Part shown: positions 19,396 to 26,368 of the stretch, piece after piece | Position numbering within the stretch: the first letter of the stretch is position 1 | How the letters are laid out: each line of letters starts with the position of its first letter | Assembly: GCA_902593945.1 (NCBI GenBank) | Contig: CACJKA010000001.1 | Coordinates: forward strand, 105,905 to 169,904 | Source: an uncultured Candidatus Poseidoniales archaeon | GTDB lineage: Archaea; Thermoplasmatota; Poseidoniia; Poseidoniales; Thalassarchaeaceae | Reading direction: 5' to 3' | Length of the DNA stretch: 64,000 bases | Notes under the pieces: generated by a model | Database searches by the model: none | The model's input: the letters and a program-made list of their open reading frames with translations, nothing else | What the model was told of the DNA's origin: nothing | Position numbers and translations under genes: made by a program

Positions 19396-19857
19396 TTATA
19401 ACAAAACATACGGCAGATGGAAAAGTAAATCAAAAACGACTGCGAGAGCTTTGGCCTCTGATTTAGGATTTCCTTGACTCTCTTTATTTGGAGGAGAAAG
19501 TCTCTGTAGTTCGCCGGAATCAAACCAAAATGATGAACATTTAGGACAACCATCAATCTCAATTAATTCTGTTAAAGAGCCATCAATTTTCCTGAAGGCG
19601 AAATCTCGAACTTTCATCCCACTCTGGCAAAAAGGACAACAAATTTCAGTTGGAGTGCCTTCGTCTTCGAAGCCAACATGTAGTGATTTCAATTTTTTAC
19701 TACAAATCTCTGATGATGCAGACTGAGAATTTAGAGCTAATCCAGCACAAGATGGACAGTGAAATATTCCATTACGAGAAAATACTGATTTCTCACTTTC
19801 ATCGGGAGAAACAAGAGGAGTACCATCTCTGGGGCATAACATATTGTCTATCACCAA
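19396..19857 (-). CDS. Twin zinc-ribbon protein (two zf-TFIIB/PF13453-like C-x2-C...C-x2-C...W.D.GEL modules) with hydrophobic C-terminal tail
   Basis: Module 1 is MLCPRDGTPL...FHCPSCAGLAL. Module 2 is CCPFCQSGM...IDGCPKCSSFWFDSGELQRL. The protein ends in LAVVFDLLFHLPYVLL. The start may be the internal MLCPRDG at 19842. Confidence 0.7.
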   Translation of the reverse strand: MVIDNMLCPRDGTPLVSPDESEKSVFSRNGIFHCPSCAGLALNSQSASSEICSKKLKSLHVGFEDEGTPTEICCPFCQSGMKVRDFAFRKIDGSLTELIEIDGCPKCSSFWFDSGELQRLSPPNKESQGNPKSEAKALAVVFDLLFHLPYVLL

Positions 19858-21658
19858 AATAGCCGAACAGATTATTCCTATTGAATACTTACCCGGATTT
19901 CTTATGTTTTATTCCGTTTGCAGTGTTTATATGTGGTCAAAGAATTATTTCGATATGGTCGGCTATTGTAATTGGTGTAAAGGAGAAATTAGAACAGAGT
20001 GGAAATTGTGTTCTGGATGTCGATTGTTATCTCCGGAATTTATTGGGATGGATATAACTCCATTTTTATCGGAGGAACGAAATAAAGAAACTAACGAAAT
20101 TCTGGCACCTGCTAGAGGATTAACTAATTATCAAAGAATTAAACATCTAACTCAAGATGTAGATTTAGGAATATCATTACCTTCGATTCTTAGATCTAAA
20201 AGAAAGGGCGGATTAAACAGTATAAACTACGACCCGAAAGAGTGGGAGAAAATTACAAATTATTGGGAACGCTTTGAGCAGATTAGGCCTGGGAATTATT
20301 TTTTCCCAGATGGTTCAAGACTATCCATTAGCGGAAATTGTGTATTCCACATTAACGGACAGATATTAAATGGAAATATACCAATTTTAGATATAGCAGA
20401 ATGGCTTTCAAATCCATTACGTTCAGAATCCATAAGGTATTGGGATGACCTGATATTATTATTGGACTGTACACTGACTAAACTTCCAATTTTATTCAGA
20501 GATGAAGAAAGTTGGGCAAAATGGGTAAATGATAATTCTTGGAGGGGGATTGATTACCCCTGGAAAATAGGAAGAGGGGCGTCACACTTAACGGCGAGAG
20601 TACCTCCATTCTTGTTGTACATATATGAAAAATATAAATCAAGATATTTTGATGAAGATGGGGAGATAGTAAACATGTCAATACCTGAAGTAATTAGAGA
20701 AAATTTAGATGATTTAAAATTAAAAAAATATGGCGTATTGGGCGAGAATTGGGCAAACATATTCGAGAATGATAACCTTCCAAAAGAATATAGGAAAAAG
20801 ACCGTTCCTATCTTGATAGTAAGTAATCATAGATTCAAATTATTTACCATTAAAGATGAAAAACCCGCAATATTTTCAGTTGGAAATGACCCTAGAGATT
20901 GGAGAATATTGCTGACCTGGGCACTTCAACCAAATGGAGAAAGAGGGAGTGAATTAATTCAAGGTTTACTAATGAATTGGCACAAAGAAGAAAGCATTTG
21001 GCAACCAAGTAAAAGACAAATTATTTCTGCAAGATTATTACATGATGAGATTGTGAAATTGGAGGATTTTTCATCATTGTCGCCACTTGAATATGATGAA
21101 TCAACTCCTGGTCTTTTCGTTAAAGGAACTTCAGGATTTTACTATGTTATTTCACCCACTTCAGAAATGAAGCTCAAAGTTGATGCTATACCCGGACCTT
21201 TTGACATATGCAGAGCATATACAATTGGGATTGATTTATGCATAGATCCAATAATAATGGATGATATACCATTTGGAGACGTTGCAGTAAGTTATTTACT
21301 TGCACTTCATAATGATGAAGATTCTAGGAGATATATTTTCACATTAGATCTATTTTTGAACTCTTTAGAGAAAACGGATAGAAAACTGGATGATGACACT
21401 TTTTGGGAAACTGTGGAAAGTAATTATGAGAAATTATTAGAAGAAATACAAACACCTTGGCCCTTCGATGATGATGAAATAGAAGCTGAGATAGAACAAT
21501 TTGAAAGAGAACAACTTGCAATTAATCTTAATGAAGAATATGAATATGATAAAGAGATGGAAAGAATGATGGAGGAAGAAAGAGATAGATTAGAAGAACA
21601 ACTAGAAGAAGAATTCCAAGATTTTTGTAGAAATATGGCATTAAAGGGAGATGATTAA
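19844..21658 (+). CDS. Large uncharacterised protein, paralog 1: N-terminal zinc ribbon, approx. 450-aa unknown core, C-terminal acidic coiled coil
   Basis: Zinc ribbon CNWCKGEIRTEWKLCSGC. The core shares conserved blocks with the next ORF. The tail is EEIQTPWPFDDDEIEAEIEQFEREQL...EEERDRLEEQLEEEF. By analogy with paralog 2, the probable true start is MVGYCNWC at 19955. Confidence 0.7.
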   Translation: MSITKIAEQIIPIEYLPGFLMFYSVCSVYMWSKNYFDMVGYCNWCKGEIRTEWKLCSGCRLLSPEFIGMDITPFLSEERNKETNEILAPARGLTNYQRIKHLTQDVDLGISLPSILRSKRKGGLNSINYDPKEWEKITNYWERFEQIRPGNYFFPDGSRLSISGNCVFHINGQILNGNIPILDIAEWLSNPLRSESIRYWDDLILLLDCTLTKLPILFRDEESWAKWVNDNSWRGIDYPWKIGRGASHLTARVPPFLLYIYEKYKSRYFDEDGEIVNMSIPEVIRENLDDLKLKKYGVLGENWANIFENDNLPKEYRKKTVPILIVSNHRFKLFTIKDEKPAIFSVGNDPRDWRILLTWALQPNGERGSELIQGLLMNWHKEESIWQPSKRQIISARLLHDEIVKLEDFSSLSPLEYDESTPGLFVKGTSGFYYVISPTSEMKLKVDAIPGPFDICRAYTIGIDLCIDPIIMDDIPFGDVAVSYLLALHNDEDSRRYIFTLDLFLNSLEKTDRKLDDDTFWETVESNYEKLLEEIQTPWPFDDDEIEAEIEQFEREQLAINLNEEYEYDKEMERMMEEERDRLEEQLEEEFQDFCRNMALKGDD

Positions 21659-23309
21659 TTTGCATAAATGTTTAGGATGTGGGGCTGAAGTTGTTATTAA
21701 AGATTGGAAAGATCGAAATTGGTGCGATATTTGTGAAATCTTAATTCCAGAAATAACGGAATACTCATTGTTATCGATACCAAATAAGAATAATGCAGAG
21801 AAACTCGGGAATATCCTTAGAAAACCATCATCGAAAATTAACAATGTCTGGAAATCATTCAATAATATTGATAGGAGAGAGAAAAGTTGGTTCATTTTAG
21901 AAAATAAACAAGTTTGTAAAAGAAAACTATTTGATTGGAACGAAAATGAGAATAACATCTCTACAATATTTTCTGAGGATGACAAGGAATTATTTACTTC
22001 AGGTGATCAAAGTAAAGGAAATTTGGAGACTCTGAGAAGATTACAAAGAGGGGGAATCTTACCTGACGGAAGTCATATCTCATGGATTTCCGGGAAATTC
22101 TTTCTTGATGGTGAAGTGGTTAACTTACCATACATCGACCTGAGAGAAATATTAGAAAAATCTACTGATTATAATAAATATAATTGGAAACTAATATTAT
22201 ATCTAATATCACTAGCTACAGAAAACACACCTGTATTTGATAAAAAAAAAGGATTTCCACGCTTTCTTAGGCGAAGACCAAGACTTAATACGAAATACAT
22301 TTGTAAGCACCCTGTAAACAACTTAGAAACAAGAGAAAATAAAAGGCTCTATGATTCAATAAAAGAAATTACATCATTAGATTTGCATGAAGATATGAGA
22401 TATTGGATTAATAGTTGGAATAGAGTTTTGTCAGATAAATCTAGAATATACCCTAAAAGACATGAAATTCCAATATCTTTAATCATTGACAAAGGGAGAC
22501 TAATGTTAAGGGTGAGGAGAAACGATAAATGGAGAAAAATTAGGGTCCCTAGAAATCTAGACATTTGGTCAATTCTGATAAATTGGTGTCTTATGTTACC
22601 AGGCGGTGAGGGGAGAAATCATCTTGAATCTCTGCAATATTACTTATTCTGTGATTCAGAAATGGAGATTATAACAAAAACAGAAAGAAATGGCATAGAA
22701 TTTCTTAGAGGAATTATAGACAATTCAAATGGTAAAGCTTCTGTTGAGGGAAAAAAGATAGTGGTTGAAGGGCAATATGGTGTCAAATATAGCATATCAC
22801 CAGGTTTCGGCCCTCATGGTTCTAGATTCAAAGTATTTACAGATATAGTTACTGATAAAGACAATATTCAGGAAGAAATGTTCAGGAGACTGAATAGAAG
22901 ACTACGTGGACTTGGAGGGGCAAATACGAAACAGAAAGAGCTGTGTATAGTTGAAGAACCACATTTACGAAAATTAGTCATTGGAGATGCAATTGGGAGT
23001 ATCGTTATGGCTTTGCTTAATGATGATAAATCAAGAAAGAAAATAGATACCCTAGATAAGCATCTTTCTCAATTTGATTCTGAAGGAGAAGTAAATAATA
23101 GAGAAATAATTGACCAAAATAATCGCCAAGAAATTGATCAAATATTACAGAGAATTGAATATGAAGAAGAACAGATTGCTAGAATACAAGAAAGAATCCC
23201 GGGAGATTTCAATGAAAGAAGAATAGTCGTAGTAAGGAATCAGTTGGAAGTGTTACAAGAGAGATTCAGGTATCTTCAGCGAGTTTTAGACGATAGGGGC
23301 CGAGTCTAG
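21651..23309 (+). CDS. Large uncharacterised protein, paralog 2: N-terminal zinc ribbon, unknown core, C-terminal coiled coil
   Basis: Zinc ribbon CLGCGAEVVIKDWKDRNWCDIC at residues 7-28. It overlaps paralog 1 by 8 bp. Shared blocks with paralog 1: LPDGSHISWISGKFF / FPDGSRLSISGNCVF, DIWSILINWCLMLPGGEGRNHLESL / DWRILLTWALQPNGERGSELIQGL, and LCIVEEP...IGDAIGSIVMALLNDDKSRKKI / LCIDPII...FGDVAVSYLLALHNDEDSRRYI. Confidence 0.7.
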   Translation: MINLHKCLGCGAEVVIKDWKDRNWCDICEILIPEITEYSLLSIPNKNNAEKLGNILRKPSSKINNVWKSFNNIDRREKSWFILENKQVCKRKLFDWNENENNISTIFSEDDKELFTSGDQSKGNLETLRRLQRGGILPDGSHISWISGKFFLDGEVVNLPYIDLREILEKSTDYNKYNWKLILYLISLATENTPVFDKKKGFPRFLRRRPRLNTKYICKHPVNNLETRENKRLYDSIKEITSLDLHEDMRYWINSWNRVLSDKSRIYPKRHEIPISLIIDKGRLMLRVRRNDKWRKIRVPRNLDIWSILINWCLMLPGGEGRNHLESLQYYLFCDSEMEIITKTERNGIEFLRGIIDNSNGKASVEGKKIVVEGQYGVKYSISPGFGPHGSRFKVFTDIVTDKDNIQEEMFRRLNRRLRGLGGANTKQKELCIVEEPHLRKLVIGDAIGSIVMALLNDDKSRKKIDTLDKHLSQFDSEGEVNNREIIDQNNRQEIDQILQRIEYEEEQIARIQERIPGDFNERRIVVVRNQLEVLQERFRYLQRVLDDRGRV

Positions 23310-24387
23310 AGAATATGGTCTTAGTACCCTTAACTGGATTCTTCTTATGTAGTTCCTGGATATCTTTATTATCAAAGTCCAAAAATATCATTGAGTCGAC
23401 TAATGATAATAGAGCTGCAATTTGGGAGTCTCGGTTCCTGAATTTACCGTCCATTGCGTTTGATGAGAAATCATCTACTGGCTCACCATTTAATGATAAT
23501 ATTGTAATTGCTTTGTTAATTATCTCTCTGACTTTTGTATAATCAATATATGATGCCAGATGATCTCTGAAGGTGTTAAGATGGAATAATAATTCATTTC
23601 TCCTGAGCTCAATGTGCGAATGTTCATCTAAATAAGAACTATTTACAGGTATATTATAATCATTAGAAATTAATTGTCGAGATATGAACTTGATTTCTTT
23701 AGAGACGTCATCTCTGTGAATATTCCACTTCTCTTGTATCTGAAGAACAGGGTTAGGATATAATTTACGATTTAGTAATATCAAAGAAGCAACAGCGAAT
23801 ACCCGAATTTTATATTCAGACTTTTGAATACGAGTAGTTAATATCTTACAACCTTTCAATGTATCACGATTTGTAGAAAGCTTATTGTTTGTGTTTGAAA
23901 CATTCAGAACTTCTTCTAGAACGCTTAGTGTTCGTCCTCTAACTCCAGCATTTTCTGCCTCAATTACAATTTTCTCCACATAACTAAGTTTTTCCTGAGA
24001 CATTCTGTTCTGAAGGAAATAAAGCCTTCTAGATAAAGAAGAACCGTCCCTAGTTATTTGACTCCCCAAACGTGACAATGTATTATTTCTTCTTCTAATC
24101 TGTACTTCACTGGGGTGAGTATATCCTGTATCGTATCCAAGTTGAATTAGGGGCAAACCACAAGCAACACAATGGCTATATGAATCGCCTTCTTCTGTGA
24201 TTTGTCCACCACATCCACCACATCTTTCTTCGTTATTTCTACTATTTTCTGCTCTATTTGAATTACACATTTTCCGTACCTCTATTGCCCGTGGGAGAAC
24301 TATTACCCGTCCCAAATAGGTACTACTCATAGCCGGACTTTGGTGGTAGCATCGGGGGTGTTTAAGCATTGTGTAAGTATGTCGCAA
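23266..24387 (-). CDS. Divergent TFIIB/TFB-like protein (zinc ribbon + B-linker-like segment + degenerate cyclin-fold region)
   Basis: Ribbon CGGCGGQITEEGDSYSHCVACGLPL. LGSQITRDGSSLSRRLYFLQNRM resembles the TFB linker (...D..G..L....R..RLRKWQ.R). KIRVFAVASLILLNRKLYPNPVLQIQEKWNIHRDDVSKEIKFISRQL resembles a cyclin-repeat helix set. The start is uncertain (M1 24387, M20 24330, M40 24270). The 3' end overlaps the convergent paralog-2 gene by 44 bp. Confidence 0.55.
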   Translation of the reverse strand: MRHTYTMLKHPRCYHQSPAMSSTYLGRVIVLPRAIEVRKMCNSNRAENSRNNEERCGGCGGQITEEGDSYSHCVACGLPLIQLGYDTGYTHPSEVQIRRRNNTLSRLGSQITRDGSSLSRRLYFLQNRMSQEKLSYVEKIVIEAENAGVRGRTLSVLEEVLNVSNTNNKLSTNRDTLKGCKILTTRIQKSEYKIRVFAVASLILLNRKLYPNPVLQIQEKWNIHRDDVSKEIKFISRQLISNDYNIPVNSSYLDEHSHIELRRNELLFHLNTFRDHLASYIDYTKVREIINKAITILSLNGEPVDDFSSNAMDGKFRNRDSQIAALLSLVDSMIFLDFDNKDIQELHKKNPVKGTKTIFSRLGPYRLKLAEDT

Positions 24388-24448
24388 AAACCATGTCTTT
24401 ACAGAGGTTTATGGTGAAATCCAAAACGTGAATTGTTAATTTGCACAT

Positions 24449-24685
24449 CTAACAATTTTCTTCTCGCCAGCTAAAAAGATTGAATATCCCTTCTGCCATT
24501 TCCCTCATAGTAATATGATCTTCATTACTCTCTAAAGCTAACTTAACAAGAGTTTTTAGTTCCTCATCTATATTCTCTGAAATTAATGTTTCAATTATCA
24601 ATTCAACGTCTATTGCATGACCTTGTGATTTAGACAATAATTCATTGAGCTTCTCTAAAGACTCTCGATAATCTATTGCCATCAA
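24449..24685 (-). CDS. 78-aa acidic all-helical protein, unknown function, translationally coupled to the E1-JAMM gene
   Basis: Its ATG overlaps the stop of the upstream gene (ATGA, 4-bp overlap at 24682..24685). Helical heptad-like sequence. The single Cys is the C-terminal residue (..WREENC). Confidence 0.55.
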   Translation of the reverse strand: MMAIDYRESLEKLNELLSKSQGHAIDVELIIETLISENIDEELKTLVKLALESNEDHITMREMAEGIFNLFSWREENC

Positions 24686-25881
24686 ATAACCTCCGAATAG
24701 TCATAATTTATGATTGGCTCATCAGTCCAAATGCTCAAACGACCTGATTCAGACAACTTATCTATAGAATTATCATTAATCTTGATTGTCTTTTTGTAAT
24801 GATCATGGCCGAGAACAATTGCTTTATCGAGAATATCTGAATATATTGAAATTGTTTCTTTATCGGTTGATGACCAGTATGCATCTCTTGGATGAGTATG
24901 TATCCATAATTTGTATGGAATTTCAGAACCCACTGGAGGAGCTAATTCTACACGGCCAGATGTCCCTATATCAACCCAAATTGAAGAATTATTATCATAG
25001 AGAATACTTACCTCCTTGCCTAAATCATCAGCAAGGCCCCATAGAGATGGCCAATCCTTTTTCTCGGCTAAACCTGCTAAAGTTTCTTTGATTATTATGG
25101 AATGATGATTCCCATTTGAAACCTCCCTCATTACATCTGAATCTGAGTGTATCATTGGAATAATTACTCCACCCACTGCATCTAAATCTGATTCTTCTGA
25201 AGATTGAGCTAATCTTGTTGCAGTTCCAAAACTTATGCTAGATACCTGGGGAAATGGCCTCTGAGCTATATCATCTCCAGATTGAATCCTTAACGATTGT
25301 ATCAACCATTGTGCACCATGAGATGCTGCGACCATAAAACCAAATTGTATATTGCCTGAATCAATAGCACCTTCGAACTGGCAAGATTGTGAATCTTGTT
25401 CCGGAGTGAATTCCGAAATTAAATCCGACTTAACTGAGTCATCCAATGCGATGTAGCCATCACCTAAGCATCTCAAATCCAACCAATTTTCGTAATTCTC
25501 ATGCACTACTCTTCGCGCTTGATGGGAATCTACTGCAACTACTACAATATCACATGGAAGTAAATCGCTACTAGATCTAATATCCCAGGGGCAGGGTTGT
25601 AATATTAAATTAGGTCCTTCATTTATTGATTTATCACTTTCATTCCAAAGTCTATTGCACAAAGTAGTTACTTTTAACCCACCTACATCAGAAATATTGA
25701 AATTCTGATGAGGGAGATTTTTTTTCTCTACAATGTCTGAATCATAGATACAAATTCTAATGTCGCCTATGTTATCCACTAAATCTCCTTGCTGTAATGT
25801 AGGATATACCATCGAAACTAAATTTGAGCCTATGCCTCCTGCACCGATTATTGCTATTACTAATTCTTCATCAATATTCAT
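24682..25881 (-). CDS. Fusion protein: N-terminal E1-like (ThiF/MoeB/UBA-type) adenylation domain + C-terminal JAMM/MPN+ metallopeptidase domain
   Basis: Residues 9-20 are IAIIGAGGIGSN (Rossmann GxGGxG). Residues 46-61 are YDSDIVEKKNLPHQNF (E1 D.D.V...NL.RQ signature). Residues 111-119 are DIVVVAVDS (Mg/ATP Asp). Residues 326-340 are WIHTHPRDAYWSSTD (JAMM HxH-x6-S-x2-D). There are no MoeB-type CxxC pairs and no rhodanese domain. Confidence 0.8.
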   Translation of the reverse strand: MNIDEELVIAIIGAGGIGSNLVSMVYPTLQQGDLVDNIGDIRICIYDSDIVEKKNLPHQNFNISDVGGLKVTTLCNRLWNESDKSINEGPNLILQPCPWDIRSSSDLLPCDIVVVAVDSHQARRVVHENYENWLDLRCLGDGYIALDDSVKSDLISEFTPEQDSQSCQFEGAIDSGNIQFGFMVAASHGAQWLIQSLRIQSGDDIAQRPFPQVSSISFGTATRLAQSSEESDLDAVGGVIIPMIHSDSDVMREVSNGNHHSIIIKETLAGLAEKKDWPSLWGLADDLGKEVSILYDNNSSIWVDIGTSGRVELAPPVGSEIPYKLWIHTHPRDAYWSSTDKETISIYSDILDKAIVLGHDHYKKTIKINDNSIDKLSESGRLSIWTDEPIINYDYSEVI

Positions 25882-25944
25882 ATTATCACTCTCATTTCTT
25901 GGCTTTGCACCAAGATGGTAGTCATTATCCTAAACTACTAAGAT

Positions 25945-25966
25945 AATAAATGATTAATCATTTATT
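25945..25966. repeat. Perfect 22-bp palindrome AATAAATGATTAATCATTTATT followed on the plus strand by a T-run, in the gap between the Ubl and E1-JAMM genes
   Basis: Read directly: the sequence equals its own reverse complement. It is flanked by T6 (25967..25972), which reads as an A-run preceding the hairpin on the coding (minus) strand. Confidence 0.7.
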
Positions 25967-25997
25967 TTTTTTGAAAATCCGTCTTTGAAAAATTTTC

Positions 25998-26228
25998 CTA
26001 AAATCCACCTGTCAGACCTGGCATAATTCGGATTGTTCCAACATCAGCCCAATTAGCACCAGCAATATCTGTAGCTTGTACCATCTGATTGTCTTTGTAA
26101 ATCCAAGATCCCTGATTCATTTCGATAAGATCCAATGTCTCTTGCTTCGTAAGTGAAAGGGATGAATGCCCAGTACTATCGGCGATTTCTACATTTGTTC
26201 TGATATCATCCATTAACTGTTCCTCCAT
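25998..26228 (-). CDS. ThiS/MoaD/SAMP-like ubiquitin-like (beta-grasp) small protein ending in Gly-Gly-Phe
   Basis: 76-aa ORF. The C-terminus ...DVGTIRIMPGLTGGF was verified codon by codon (ggt gga ttt tag on the minus strand). The pattern matches ThiS/MoaD tails (..GDEV.FFPPVTGG) plus one extra residue. Confidence 0.7.
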   Translation of the reverse strand: MEEQLMDDIRTNVEIADSTGHSSLSLTKQETLDLIEMNQGSWIYKDNQMVQATDIAGANWADVGTIRIMPGLTGGF

Positions 26229-26368
26229 TTTTTTCTTTTCTTCTACTAGTTTCCCTATTTTAAGTCCGGGCGCAGACTATAGGAGATTCATCTCAAGAGT
26301 ATATTAACTAAACAAATTAATCTTATTTAGATTTGAAAATACATACGTAGATAACTGGATGAAATGAC

